DNA from: a virus
Lineage: Duplodnaviria > Caudoviricetes
IMG/VR virus record: IMGVR_UViG_3300045921_000040
Location: 1-63,389 of that record
Strand: one strand, 5' to 3'
DNA: 63,389 nucleotides
Shown here: in pieces, positions 1 through 10,175 of the stretch
How the letters are laid out: each line of letters begins with the position of its first letter
Position numbering within the stretch: the first letter of the stretch is position 1
The notes under the pieces: model-generated
The model's database searches: none
What the model was told of the DNA's origin: nothing
Seen by the model: only the letters and a program-made list of their open reading frames with translations
Made by a program: the position numbers and the translations under genes

Positions 1-127
1 CATGCCCTGTGCTTGGAACTGCAGAGCCTGATTATTCACCCTAGCCTGCTGCTCATTGGACAAGTTGGCAAGTGCCGTCTGAAGCCCAGTCTGCGTACCG
101 AGCTGCTGCACGCCAAGCGCAGCCTGC
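1..127. repeat. Terminal overlap identical to 63263..63389
   Basis: First and last 127 nt are identical; the length equals a common assembler k-mer. Confidence 0.9.
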
Positions 128-1029
128 AAGTTGGCCTGATCTGCGGTCATACGCGATGCACGGTCGCGCTCAAACTGCTGCTGTGCATTCTCAAACGCAC
201 TCTGATACCCACGTGCGCGGATATCGTTCATAAGCTGACCAAGGTTGCTCTCACGCTCCATGGCAGCAAGAAGTTGCCGACTACCGCCATATGTGCCCTG
301 ACGCGCAGCTCCTAGGTCCTGAGCAAGCTGTCCTCGCCTAGCATCATGCACAGCCTCGCGCAGCTGCGGCTCTATTGCAGCCTCGATATAAGGTGACATG
401 TACTGCTGCGCTTGGTTTGACCCGAACATTTGCGGGCTTTGCATCTGGAAGTAATTAAGGTTGGGATTATAGCTAGTCTGCGCAGCCTGCATCGTAGGCG
501 CATTTATCTGTTGTGCACTGACGTCACGAGCAGGACCCATCCGGAACGCCGTCAGATTTGGCGTGTAATCAGTTTGCGAAGCCTGCATCGTAGGCGCATT
601 TATCTGTTGTGCACTGACGTCACGAGCAGGACCCATCTGGAACGCCGTCAGATTTGGCGTGTAATCAGTTTGCGAAGCCTGCATACTGGGCGAAGCATAC
701 TGCTGGCCCATGATTTGTTGCGCATTAAACTGCCCCGGAACGTAGTTTCGCCCCATCCCGAGTGCAGCCAACCCAGCCTGTTGTGCAAGAGCGGAACCCA
801 CAGAGAACTGCATCGGGTTCTGCAGTCCCAGAACACTCTGCTGAACCTGCTCTTGAGCAGGGGTAAACCCAGCGATGCGCTGCGCCTGATAAGGGATATA
901 CTCTTGGGTAAGGTTGCCTTCGGCACGTTGCAGCAGTCGCTCAAAATACGGGCGTGCGTATTCTGGCAGGTTGGACGTTGTCGTCGTTACGTTCTGTTGC
1001 GACGGGGCGCTGCTACCTCCACCACTCAT
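1..1029 (-). CDS. Q/A-rich internal virion (ejection-type) protein, 5' part; continues across the circular junction into 63262..62426 (~620 aa)
   Basis: ATG at 1029 overlaps the upstream TGA (ATGA) and reads MSGGGSSAPSQQNVTTTTSNLPEYARPYFERLLQRAEG; it is in frame with ORF 62426..63373 through the 127-nt end overlap. Confidence 0.75.
   Translation of the reverse strand, partial: MSGGGSSAPSQQNVTTTTSNLPEYARPYFERLLQRAEGNLTQEYIPYQAQRIAGFTPAQEQVQQSVLGLQNPMQFSVGSALAQQAGLAALGMGRNYVPGQFNAQQIMGQQYASPSMQASQTDYTPNLTAFQMGPARDVSAQQINAPTMQASQTDYTPNLTAFRMGPARDVSAQQINAPTMQAAQTSYNPNLNYFQMQSPQMFGSNQAQQYMSPYIEAAIEPQLREAVHDARRGQLAQDLGAARQGTYGGSRQLLAAMERESNLGQLMNDIRARGYQSAFENAQQQFERDRASRMTADQANLQAALGVQQLGTQTGLQTALANLSNEQQARVNNQALQFQAQGM
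485..684. repeat. 96-bp tandem repeat (two copies plus a partial) inside the coding sequence
   Basis: gcctgcat at 485, 581 and 677 with near-identical intervening sequence. Confidence 0.85.
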
Positions 1030-1511
1030 TTCAGCTTCTCCCTGTACGCCTCAAGCGTCTCATGGTGGGTAAAAAAATGCCGCACTTCCATGCTGACCTC
1101 CCGCATGTAGTCGCGCCCACGCGCAAGATATATAACAAAGGAGACGAACTCCATATACCAGTCTCTAAGCACATAAGCAAAGACTTGGTCGTTCTCGCTG
1201 CCCTTCTCCAATTCATTAGCATCCAACCATGCGTTGATGCCGGTAATCAGGATCGGGATGAGCTGTGCTTTGAAGTGGTCGAAGAACGGGTTGAGCGGCA
1301 ACTCGGTCAAGAGCGAGAACAGCACGCGCACCGCATGGTCCTCCCCAATGGGCTTGTCCTTGTCGATAATGTCATCGAACAGTTCGCAAGCGTCCGCGAA
1401 GGCCAAAATAAAGTTTATGGCGTGCTGGTCGCCAATCCATTCCTGCAGCTTCTGGTTTCGCAGTTGCTGCCACTCGATGGTGTCGAACTCCAGTCCGTGC
1501 TCCCCGATCAT
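1026..1511 (-). CDS. Helical protein with DDxxD motif (isoprenoid synthase-like fold possible)
   Basis: ELFDDIIDKD motif; translationally coupled on both sides. Confidence 0.55.
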   Translation of the reverse strand: MIGEHGLEFDTIEWQQLRNQKLQEWIGDQHAINFILAFADACELFDDIIDKDKPIGEDHAVRVLFSLLTELPLNPFFDHFKAQLIPILITGINAWLDANELEKGSENDQVFAYVLRDWYMEFVSFVIYLARGRDYMREVSMEVRHFFTHHETLEAYREKLK

Positions 1512-3208
1512 ACCAGACCCTTACGTAGCTTGGTGTCCTGCCCACGTTCCGCTTTTTTGCGAGCCCTGTGCGCCTTCTCCATCATCGCATAGAGTTTCTG
1601 CGTGCCCTTGGCTGCATTGCCTCCACCAATACGGCGCACTGCTTCTGGCGAGAAGATGACTTCGTCGCGCGCAACTCGGGCCTCCTTGGCACCGTCAATG
1701 CTCGCCTTCACAGAGTCGCTAACACCATCACCGGGTCCATGCACAGGACGACCGCCCATACGCGAGAGCAGCTCGATACCAGCATTACTACTGCCGTTCC
1801 CAAGCTCCGACACAGTGCGTGCATCCACGACAAAAGAGCCGTTTCTCATGTCAACCGTGCCACCGTTAGCGTACAACTCCATACGCGGCGAGGAAATATC
1901 ACGCGATAGTGCTCTGGCAGTCCTTTTGGGGGCTTTAGAACTTTTGATAGAAGGCTGCTGCAGCGCCGTAAACGGAGCAGTTGGACTGCCAAACCCACTA
2001 AGTCCGCTAAGTGCACCAAGCCCGCCTATGGAGGTCGCAGGTGTGTTGCGCCTGAAGTCGTACATCACCTCACCAACATTGGAAGGGCGAATGCCTACTG
2101 GGGGTGCAGTGGGGGCTGACGTAGCCGTTGGTGTAGGCGTGGGATACATCGAGGCAGTAATAGGCCCGGGGTTTTGAGTCTGATACATAGCTACCAAGCT
2201 GTCAAAATCCATTTGCGAAGGTCTAACTTCCCCGCCCTCAGCGTACGGCACAGGGTCTGGATTGCTCGGAGTGAAGTAAGGAAACTCCGCTCCCCCTGAA
2301 TCACGCATTTGCTCGTAGGTCTGAAAGCGCACATCACGCCTGCCAGCTCGCATGGGGACGTAGTTGGACTTCTGCTCTTTCGGCAAACCGGGCATTTTGG
2401 GGGCAGTAGCGTCGGACACTGCACCAAGCACAGAAGCGCCGGCAGCGATGGGTAGGGCCTTGCCCAACATACCTTTCTGCCCAAGAGAGGTAGCATCTGC
2501 AAACTTGGTAAGGAAACCGGGACTCTTTGGTACCGCATTGGTAGCCGCCTTGATGGCAGTGTTGCCCACGCTATGCGCAGCGGGAGTTGCCGCAGCCACG
2601 CTCGGTGCAGCGTTCATAGCCGCAGGCATTGCAGCATTAGAAGCTCCATGTGCTAGGGCCGAAGTAGCACCAGATGCTCCCCCCTGCCCCCCTAACATCC
2701 CGAGAGCATTCTTCGAAACCGAACCTCCAAGCCCCGCAGCCTGCCCCAGCCCAGCACCGCCGAACGCTTCGAGCCCCGCCATAAGCCCTTTACTTAGGTC
2801 GCCGCTAATAGCGGCTTTACCTGCGCCTACGCCAAGACCTACAGCCCATGTGGGTAGGCCAAACGCGGCACCGGCAACCCCAAGAATAGTTGGCAACAGC
2901 CGACCCAGCCAACCAGCTTCGGGCAGCCCAGTATGCGGATTGATAGTCAAGGAGCCACCAGATGCCATAGCCAGCCCTTGGAGACTGTTCACTTCCTCCG
3001 GTGTCATGTGGACGAGCACCTTGTCCTCGCCACGCCCCATACTCTGCAACTGTTCTGCCAGCGGGTTCTGCGTAGTAGAAATCCCACCAAGAGCAGGGAG
3101 CCCGCCCGTAGTCCCCATCCGCTGCGGGCCTAGAACGGGAGGACTACCCAAGGTGGTATGGTTGCCGCCTACGGGAACATAAGGAGAGGGAGCTGCCTGC
3201 ACATTCAT
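1508..3208 (-). CDS. Putative internal virion protein, G/A-rich with hydrophobic segment
   Basis: GRGEDKVLVHMTPEEV..LTINPHTGLPEA and GPGDGVSDSV motifs; lies between the nozzle and ejection genes. Confidence 0.65.
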   Translation of the reverse strand: MNVQAAPSPYVPVGGNHTTLGSPPVLGPQRMGTTGGLPALGGISTTQNPLAEQLQSMGRGEDKVLVHMTPEEVNSLQGLAMASGGSLTINPHTGLPEAGWLGRLLPTILGVAGAAFGLPTWAVGLGVGAGKAAISGDLSKGLMAGLEAFGGAGLGQAAGLGGSVSKNALGMLGGQGGASGATSALAHGASNAAMPAAMNAAPSVAAATPAAHSVGNTAIKAATNAVPKSPGFLTKFADATSLGQKGMLGKALPIAAGASVLGAVSDATAPKMPGLPKEQKSNYVPMRAGRRDVRFQTYEQMRDSGGAEFPYFTPSNPDPVPYAEGGEVRPSQMDFDSLVAMYQTQNPGPITASMYPTPTPTATSAPTAPPVGIRPSNVGEVMYDFRRNTPATSIGGLGALSGLSGFGSPTAPFTALQQPSIKSSKAPKRTARALSRDISSPRMELYANGGTVDMRNGSFVVDARTVSELGNGSSNAGIELLSRMGGRPVHGPGDGVSDSVKASIDGAKEARVARDEVIFSPEAVRRIGGGNAAKGTQKLYAMMEKAHRARKKAERGQDTKLRKGLV

Positions 3209-3226
3209 AACCGATTTCCCAAGGCA

Positions 3227-3529
3227 TCACACAGAAGTGATGGTTTCCCACGTTGTGCCGTTATACACCGAAAGCTTGTTTAGCGTAGTATCAAAAACTA
3301 CCCACCCGGCCTCTGCAGCAAGTGCCGTCTTCTGCGCGGTCGTCATACGCTTTGTAGCTGCAATACCATTAAAAGTCTCGGCAGTATACTTCTCAGCATT
3401 GTTCGGTGTGCGGGAATCCAACTGCGAGAAGTAAGTCTCCAGCACGCGGATAACCTGACGCATGTACTGCGCATCCCATTGCACCGGCGGTGTGGGAAGT
3501 GGGGCAGCTCGGAATTTGTCTAGGGCCAT
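3227..3529 (-). CDS. Small tail-associated protein
   Basis: C-terminal GWVVFDTTLNKLSVYNGTTW repeat-type motif; follows the nozzle gene. Confidence 0.55.
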   Translation of the reverse strand: MALDKFRAAPLPTPPVQWDAQYMRQVIRVLETYFSQLDSRTPNNAEKYTAETFNGIAATKRMTTAQKTALAAEAGWVVFDTTLNKLSVYNGTTWETITSV

Positions 3530-3531
3530 TG

Positions 3532-5454
3532 TTACCGCCTCGAATCTGGACGCACGTCTATGCGGGGCGCACCCAACTGCCATTGAGTGCCAAGCTTGTC
3601 CGACATGATTTTCAGCGCCATTTGTCTTGCACGTGCTCTAACGAACACTTGGTTAGTGTAGCGTCCTACTGAAGTTTCGATAACTTGTTGTGTATCGTTA
3701 GGGTCGTTGCCAATCGAACCGCCCGGAAAATTGCGGGGGCGCACCTGAAGCGTAACCTCTGGCGATGCTCCTTCAGACCCCTCAAATTGAATATCAGGGA
3801 TAATGCGGCGAGTCAGCATGAACTGATCCCCATCCTCAAGATCGAAGTCAGAAGACTGGATGAAGCTCTCCATAGGGAGGCCATCAGCATCTACAGTGTT
3901 CTCGTGGGTGTATAGAAACCCATTCCCTGTCGTCACATCGACACCATCCACAGCTATGGTGGTGTTAGCAGCTTGAGGGTGTGTGCGTAGCGGAGAGTCC
4001 AGCCATGCAGTCCTCTCGATATAGCCATAATACCATATGCGCTCCAAGTGGTTATATACGACATAGGCATTGTTGAAGTTGCTGTCTCCAGTGGGATAGA
4101 ACCACCAGATTTCGTTCCATTCCTCGTTGGTGCCACAGACGACTTGGTCCGCCTGAGCAAGGTTCAAATTCTTGAACACGTGGTTTCTAAGCGTGCAAGG
4201 GAGTGTCTCCACGCGGCCTGTATACGCATAGAACTTATCTCTACCCATCCAGTAAGTTATGTTGGCAGCGGTAGTTACTGCCCTAGGCGACATTATGGAT
4301 ATGTTGTCCGCGTATTCTTGCAGGCCAAATACGTCCAACGTCCCAAGAAACTGTAGCGCATAGAGCGCGGCGTCAGTCCAAATCAGAATTTCCTGTCTCG
4401 TGTTAAGCGCGCGGACGATCCGGGAACCGCGAGACACCCGCAGATCACCAGCGGAGTTAGTCTGTGAAGGGGTCCAGTCACCCGGCGTGTCCTGGTCAGC
4501 CCATCGGATAAGCAGCGGATCGAAGTCATCTGGGTTAGTAGAGCCGAACGGCACAGCGCCAAAAGCAATCAGGTGGCGATCCTGTTGCGACACCATCAGC
4601 TGCATGACCTTAACGGGCACGGCGCTGGCGCTGTACCCCTCTGCAGTAGCATAGTCCTGCAGAGTTACTGCATGGGTATCAAGCGCCGTTCCGGGAGTAG
4701 CTAGCACCCCTCGTGCCCACCAATACGGCGCCCCATTCCGGATATTCATCACAAGATCGTTGTCAAAGTTATCGAACCACCAATCCCGTTGTAGCAGGTT
4801 TACACCTCCAGACGTAGAGCCCAGCCCCCACGCATCCCGCCCCCAAGTGCCGGCCCCCCACCCCAAACCGGTTACTGTTATAGCTTCGCCCGGCCCAATC
4901 TCGGGTCTGACCGTATAGCCTGCCCCTGATACCGAAGTAGTCGATGTCGCCGCAGTTGCCACAACAAAGGTAAAAGAGTTAGCTCCAGTCTTGGTTATAG
5001 TATGCGCCTTGTTAAGCTCAGCAATAGGCACGCCGCCCAAAGGAGAAGCAAACCCAGCTACAAGCATTCTGTCGCCTGTAGCTACCCAAGAAGGCAAAGC
5101 AGTTGTGGTTGTAACAGAAACAGTCGTGGAACCATTCGTTACACTAAAGGTGTTAGACCCAGCCAAAGCTGTAGTAAACGGTGTGATATTGTAGAAATAC
5201 CCACCATACTCTATAAGCACTTTTCTATTGGTGCCGAGAGCCAAAAGATTTTCAGAATACGTAGTTACCCAATTATGCATCTGCCGACATACGCCAGCAA
5301 AAGGCGTTGGCACTGTTTTGGTCCAGCCCCCTATCTTTTCAGGGTACCCAGAACGAAACCGCACCTTATCACAAGCATACCAACCACCCTCATTAGAGTA
5401 GTCAGTCTGATCTCGGTTAATGCCCGGTTTGAACTGTAGCTTGATGAAAGCCAT
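3532..5454 (-). CDS. Tail nozzle / packaged-DNA stabilization protein (beta-propeller)
   Basis: 640 aa, W/G-rich; PLLIRWADQD and NEEWNEIWWFYP motifs typical of podovirus nozzle proteins. Confidence 0.7.
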   Translation of the reverse strand: MAFIKLQFKPGINRDQTDYSNEGGWYACDKVRFRSGYPEKIGGWTKTVPTPFAGVCRQMHNWVTTYSENLLALGTNRKVLIEYGGYFYNITPFTTALAGSNTFSVTNGSTTVSVTTTTALPSWVATGDRMLVAGFASPLGGVPIAELNKAHTITKTGANSFTFVVATAATSTTSVSGAGYTVRPEIGPGEAITVTGLGWGAGTWGRDAWGLGSTSGGVNLLQRDWWFDNFDNDLVMNIRNGAPYWWARGVLATPGTALDTHAVTLQDYATAEGYSASAVPVKVMQLMVSQQDRHLIAFGAVPFGSTNPDDFDPLLIRWADQDTPGDWTPSQTNSAGDLRVSRGSRIVRALNTRQEILIWTDAALYALQFLGTLDVFGLQEYADNISIMSPRAVTTAANITYWMGRDKFYAYTGRVETLPCTLRNHVFKNLNLAQADQVVCGTNEEWNEIWWFYPTGDSNFNNAYVVYNHLERIWYYGYIERTAWLDSPLRTHPQAANTTIAVDGVDVTTGNGFLYTHENTVDADGLPMESFIQSSDFDLEDGDQFMLTRRIIPDIQFEGSEGASPEVTLQVRPRNFPGGSIGNDPNDTQQVIETSVGRYTNQVFVRARARQMALKIMSDKLGTQWQLGAPRIDVRPDSRR

Positions 5455-5468
5455 TGTGGTTACCGTAT

Positions 5469-5816
5469 TTAATTATTACTTGCCCAAGTCAAAGTCACAG
5501 TGATTGTTGCCGTTGCGGTCGACCCTACGGAATCCGTCACCGTAACTTGCCAGGTAGACACACTAGGGAAGCCCTCACATACCGTGTCTGTCCATATTGG
5601 GTTTGCTGTATTCGCATCGTTTATTGACGGTGTGTTGCCGCTAATGCGCACCCACGAGTAGGTATAACCTGGCACTCCGCCTGTTGCTGTAGCAGTCGTC
5701 TCGGCAGTTACAGTACCGCAATTAGAAAAACCGGAGTCGCTACCTGACGCATCTGGAGCAGAAACAGATAACGGAATACCACCAACCCCCATCAAAGCCA
5801 TCTGAATACCGCTCAT
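5469..5816 (-). CDS. Ig-like tail accessory protein
   Basis: GGVPGYTYSW...QVTVTDS Ig/PKD-like motif. Confidence 0.55.
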   Translation of the reverse strand: MSGIQMALMGVGGIPLSVSAPDASGSDSGFSNCGTVTAETTATATGGVPGYTYSWVRISGNTPSINDANTANPIWTDTVCEGFPSVSTWQVTVTDSVGSTATATITVTLTWASNN

Positions 5817-7318
5817 CAGGACAGCCCCGAGCCTGAAATGATCGCCTCGTTAGCACTGTTAAACCAGATCGTAGCCATCCCTCTTTGCGCTAGAGTGCGG
5901 TTGCCGGTGTTAGCTGTGCCAGCCAAACGAAGCGTCAAGCCAGAACCTTGCGTAATCGTGATAGAGCTGGCGCTATCGTTGTAGATAGAAACCGCGTCAC
6001 CAGCGGCAAAAGTGCCACTAGGAATAGTGATGCCCGCCGTAGCGGCAATGTACTTACCAACATCTCCAGTCGTTGCCGTTCCGCTAGTGGTTGAGCGCGG
6101 GATGTTGCGGAACCCGATAGTTACCCCGTCGATGGTCGCGTTGGAAGCAACCGAGGTGACTGAACCCGACAGCGTAATATTGCCAGACCCGGTAACCGTA
6201 CCAGAAAGGCTAAGGCCGTTGGCGCTCCCGGTACCACTGACTGAGGTGACTGTCCCGTTCCCTGTACCTGCGCCGATATCCGAGCGGAAATCAGCAGCGG
6301 AGCGAGCCGTAACCGTGTTATCTGCGTTGACGCGCAGAAAGCTGACAGCCGACGGGTTAGCCAGAGTGAAGATATTGGCGCCGACCGTAGTAGCACCGAG
6401 ATTAGTACGCGCAGCAGAAGCAGTCGTGGCACCAGTGCCGCCGTTAGCTACAGAGAGAGCTGTTCCCAGTGTGAGAGAACCTGAGATGTTGGCGTTGCCG
6501 GATACGGTAAGTCTTTCGCTCGGATTGGTAGTGCCAATGCCGACATTACCGGCGGTAGTGATGCGCATCCGCTCTATATCGTTCGTCAGCAAAATGAAGG
6601 GGTGGTCGGTCCCGGTGCCAGAAGCAGCTACCCCGGAAGCGCAGAGGCCGACCCGCTGCGCCACAACGCCGTCGGTAGCGCCAATCTGCACCGTGTTGGA
6701 CGCTTGCACAGATAGCCGTTCGCCGGGGCTTACGCCCCCGATACCGACGTTATTAGAGGCGTCGATATGGATAGCCTCAGTAGTGCTTTGGTCAAAAACA
6801 CCAGAAGGTTGAAGCGCACCTGTGCCGTTACCTCGGAGCAGTCGATTAGCAGTGAATGAAGTCGCGCCAGTGCCACCGTTAGCTACGGAGAGAGCTGTTC
6901 CCAGTGTGAGGCTGGGTAGATGCGTAATAACATCTACGACATTGGTGCCATCCGAGTACACCCACATGGTCTTGCCCGGAGGGACGGTTACACCCGATCC
7001 CGCAGACGTTTTGACTACGATGTTATCCGCACAGTTATTCTGGACTATGTATGGCTTCTCGATGTCCGGCACCACTAAATTGCGGGAAGCGCCGCCAGTA
7101 GAACCAACACACCGCAAACGCAGGTTGCGCGCAGTCTGAGAAGCATTTGTATTGGTTAGAGTCAGCGTAACATTGGCACCAGCAAATGTGACGTCCACAG
7201 AGCCAGCAATTGCCTCCTCAATTGCGTTCAGGTTAGTATTGGTGATTTGGCCCCATGTAGTATTGTTCTCACCAGTGGCCATCAACTCTATTTTGAGATT
7301 GCTGTAAGTGCTAGGCAT
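5816..7318 (-). CDS. Tail fibre protein
   Basis: VANGGTGAT repeats, ERMRITTAGNVGIGTTNP motif, T/S/G-rich. Confidence 0.75.
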   Translation of the reverse strand: MPSTYSNLKIELMATGENNTTWGQITNTNLNAIEEAIAGSVDVTFAGANVTLTLTNTNASQTARNLRLRCVGSTGGASRNLVVPDIEKPYIVQNNCADNIVVKTSAGSGVTVPPGKTMWVYSDGTNVVDVITHLPSLTLGTALSVANGGTGATSFTANRLLRGNGTGALQPSGVFDQSTTEAIHIDASNNVGIGGVSPGERLSVQASNTVQIGATDGVVAQRVGLCASGVAASGTGTDHPFILLTNDIERMRITTAGNVGIGTTNPSERLTVSGNANISGSLTLGTALSVANGGTGATTASAARTNLGATTVGANIFTLANPSAVSFLRVNADNTVTARSAADFRSDIGAGTGNGTVTSVSGTGSANGLSLSGTVTGSGNITLSGSVTSVASNATIDGVTIGFRNIPRSTTSGTATTGDVGKYIAATAGITIPSGTFAAGDAVSIYNDSASSITITQGSGLTLRLAGTANTGNRTLAQRGMATIWFNSANEAIISGSGLS

Positions 7319-7773
7319 CAGGCGATCCTTACAATGGCATTGGAGGAGTTATTAGTTGGGAACGTAATTGTAAGGTTTCCTCCAATGACTACCTTGTCTT
7401 CCCCAAAATCCAATACGCAAACAGCGGGGTTGGTAAGCGGACTACCGTCCGCACCATTAGCCGATGGAGTGCTATTATAGATAAGAGCACCTCGTGTGGT
7501 AACAGTCACACCAGTAAACGTGGCGTTGGCGAAGGAAGCGAACCCCTTGCCGTCAGCAGCAGTTACGCCAGAATTGGTAAGGGCGATCCCACCAGCAGTA
7601 TACCCAGAACCCGCGCACTCTCCTACTGTCGTGTAACTAGCCGTATCCGGGCCAAGGTCTGCCGAAGCCGTGTAGAGGGCAATCTTGAATGTATCCCCAC
7701 CAGAAGCGCGCATGTCATGCACGCCGAGAAGGACCTCGGCTTTGAAGGAAGTGCAGAGGGCTTGGCGGATCAT
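7318..7773 (-). CDS. Conserved structural protein (tail region)
   Basis: TSFKAEVLLGVHD..FKIALYT..GYTAGG..RGALIYN motif common in phage structural modules. Confidence 0.6.
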   Translation of the reverse strand: MIRQALCTSFKAEVLLGVHDMRASGGDTFKIALYTASADLGPDTASYTTVGECAGSGYTAGGIALTNSGVTAADGKGFASFANATFTGVTVTTRGALIYNSTPSANGADGSPLTNPAVCVLDFGEDKVVIGGNLTITFPTNNSSNAIVRIA

Positions 7774-7774
7774 A

Positions 7775-8455
7775 TCACCTCACAGGCAGGCGAAGCCGAC
7801 CTGAACGGTAGGCGTCTTGGCGGTTCTTGCCCTCAGCCAGCTCCTTGAGTTGTGCGAGAGCTTCTTGGTAGCGTCCGTTGTAAAGCTCGATCATGTCAGG
7901 CTCGCCCTTCATGAACGTATAGGCTTCAAGCAGTGTGCCATAGAGCAGCACAGTGTCGAAACTGTCCCCAAGCCATGTGTTGCCAGCAGTCACAATGGAC
8001 TCCGGATACCTGTAGTAGAAGAGCTCGTACACGTAGTTCGAGTTAGGGGTAGGCCCCAGCAGAAACTGATCTTCGTCGAAGTGTGCGTAGTGCACGGGGA
8101 GAGCTTGGTACGTTGGGTCAGGATATGCAGCCCGGATGAAATCCGCGTCCTTGTTCAGGAGGTACTCATACCTACCCGAGGAGTTCACCACAGCAAAAGA
8201 GAGCGTAGCCAGCCAACCAGAGGGAACCGTGAGGAACTTGTTGCCTGCAGTAAGGTTGCCAGTAGTCGCAGCGCGCGACGCAAGTACCTCCACAGCGTTG
8301 TAGATGCGCTGCTCAGCTTGCTTGATGAAGGTATTGATCTGTTCCGTCGAAGTGAATGTAATCGTGCCCGAACCAGACACGTCCGTGAACTGGGTGTTCG
8401 GGAAATCGTTTTCTACATACCCCTTAACGGTTTCAAAAAGGCTTTGGTAATCCAT
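7775..8455 (-). CDS. Head-tail adaptor / tail tubular protein
   Basis: FIKQAEQRIYN, LGPTPNSNY and LLYGTLLEAY motifs. Confidence 0.65.
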   Translation of the reverse strand: MDYQSLFETVKGYVENDFPNTQFTDVSGSGTITFTSTEQINTFIKQAEQRIYNAVEVLASRAATTGNLTAGNKFLTVPSGWLATLSFAVVNSSGRYEYLLNKDADFIRAAYPDPTYQALPVHYAHFDEDQFLLGPTPNSNYVYELFYYRYPESIVTAGNTWLGDSFDTVLLYGTLLEAYTFMKGEPDMIELYNGRYQEALAQLKELAEGKNRQDAYRSGRLRLPVR

Positions 8456-8458
8456 GGG

Positions 8459-8620
8459 TTACCCCATCTTGGTGCTGGCACGAGTACCCTTAGCCGCCGC
8501 GCCTGTTCCACGGACTTTCATCGTCTGGGTATTGGCGACCTTATTCGGGTATCCACAGCAGTTGGGCACCGACACGGTCTTGGGTTGGCCGTATTTGCCA
8601 ATATCCTTAGTGTGTTCCAT
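8459..8620 (-). CDS. Small basic protein (53 aa), not in ORF track
   Basis: Translated by hand: MEHTKDIGKYGQPK...KVRGTGAAAKGTRASTKMG; AGGAG upstream. Confidence 0.6.
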   Translation of the reverse strand: MEHTKDIGKYGQPKTVSVPNCCGYPNKVANTQTMKVRGTGAAAKGTRASTKMG

Positions 8621-8637
8621 TCTCTACGCTCCTAGAC

Positions 8638-9018
8638 TTACACCGTAACGGTGCCAACTTCGCCTTTTGCTTCTAGCATATTAACCAGCCCCGGCAAACC
8701 TAGTGCATTAGCAAAGCCGACGGGGTTCCACCCCCACTGAATGTCTCGGCTCCCCTGACCGGGGTTGCCCCTTACATTCAAACCTGACTGGTCGTAGCTA
8801 TTGTCTGGGCGGGGGTTGCGGAGTGCCTGAGGGTCGTAGACAGGGTACATACCCACCTTGAGCTGTGGATGATCCGGGCTCCAACATTCAGAACAGGCTA
8901 GGATGTTAGTGACCTTCCCTTTGACGACGAGCTTCTTGAGCTGTTTCAGAAGGAACCGCTGGCCGCACACGTCGCACTCGGCTATTGCCTTCTTGCCGGA
9001 AGCAAATTTGGTGCCCAT
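8638..9018 (-). CDS. Zn-finger protein (CxxC...CxxC)
   Basis: CDVCG and CSEC; GGAGG RBS. Confidence 0.65.
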   Translation of the reverse strand: MGTKFASGKKAIAECDVCGQRFLLKQLKKLVVKGKVTNILACSECWSPDHPQLKVGMYPVYDPQALRNPRPDNSYDQSGLNVRGNPGQGSRDIQWGWNPVGFANALGLPGLVNMLEAKGEVGTVTV

Positions 9019-9030
9019 AAGCTCCTCCTG

Positions 9031-9711
9031 CTATCGTGCGATACGCGGTGGGATGTACAACGACGCTTTTTCGCGGTCTTCGTCTGCGGCCTGCTGCCAT
9101 GCTTCGTCATACATGGCTTTGAGCATCTGTGTGCGCTCAAGCGCATTGGGTATCTTCAAGGACAGGTAGTACGCCAATCCAGCTACCATAGCTGGCAGAA
9201 AACGGAATGGGATATCCTGAGTGTTGACCCCATCGCCCGCATCTTGGATGCGACGAAGTCTCCAATACACTAGTGTATAGAAATTATTCTTATCTGGCAC
9301 TGGCCAGATCACCGCTTGGGGGGCGTCTACTTGGCGGTTAACCCATAGCTGTATGGGTCGTCCTCTGGTATTCTTATTGGGGATAGAAGAGTAGGTATCT
9401 ACGCTTATACGGCTGATACTGATATCAGACTGTGTCTGCCCCGTGCCAGTGCGCACAACATAATCAATTAGGTCAATAGTATCAGAGGGCAATGTGTAAG
9501 AGCTTTGCCCCTGCAATAGTGGGATTGAGCCTTGTTCAATAGTCCAAAGATTGATGCCCCGTGAGGCCCACTCTATGGTAAGGAGGTTGAGGCTACGCCG
9601 CGCGGTGCGCAGGTCATAGCCGGTACGGAGCTCAGCACCGCAGCGCTCAAAGGCTTCTTCGACTACCTCGTTGAGGTTCAAATTGAAGTTTGTAGTTCCG
9701 CTGGTAGCCAT
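9031..9711 (-). CDS. Adaptor-like structural protein
   Basis: EEAFERCG..TARRSLNLL..WASRGINLWT and WPVPD motifs. Confidence 0.65.
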   Translation of the reverse strand: MATSGTTNFNLNLNEVVEEAFERCGAELRTGYDLRTARRSLNLLTIEWASRGINLWTIEQGSIPLLQGQSSYTLPSDTIDLIDYVVRTGTGQTQSDISISRISVDTYSSIPNKNTRGRPIQLWVNRQVDAPQAVIWPVPDKNNFYTLVYWRLRRIQDAGDGVNTQDIPFRFLPAMVAGLAYYLSLKIPNALERTQMLKAMYDEAWQQAADEDREKASLYIPPRIAR

Positions 9712-9780
9712 ACCGTATACCCTAACCCCTAACCGCGCGAGGGGCCATCCCCCTTAAGGGTTTTACAAATAGTCTATATC

Positions 9781-10044
9781 TCAAAACAAAAGCATAGAAG
9801 CAACCACGCCACCAAACGCCCAGAAACAGATATCCACCCACGGGTCGAGTTTGCTGAAATGCGACTTGATCTCGCCAAGCGCGATGCGCGACCCACCAGC
9901 TTCGGTCAACTCGCGTATGAGACCGAGAGCAGCGCCAGACAGCAGACTACCCCACCAGCCCTGAAAGAACAAAGTGAAAATAGCCACAGCGGCTGTAAAA
10001 TGCAGAACTTGATCCGTCACGCGAGGATAGATTACATTTGCCAT
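9781..10044 (-). CDS. Small membrane protein
   Basis: Two to three hydrophobic segments. Confidence 0.55.
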   Translation of the reverse strand: MANVIYPRVTDQVLHFTAAVAIFTLFFQGWWGSLLSGAALGLIRELTEAGGSRIALGEIKSHFSKLDPWVDICFWAFGGVVASMLLF

Positions 10045-10175
10045 GTCAGTCTAACTCCTTAGGCCATCTACGAGGCTTAAGCTTTTTGAGTGGAGGGCCT
10101 AGTCTAGGTCCGCTCGGCTTTTTGGGCGGAAGCTGCTCCTCCTTTAGCCGAATGGTCTTACGCTTCCTACGCATA

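Noticed and set aside
6421-6910. Two ~50-nt repeats in the tail fibre gene as DGR template/variable repeats or invertible sites
   Set aside because: They encode the common LTLGTALSVANGGTGAT fibre repeat with synonymous differences; no reverse transcriptase or invertase was recognised
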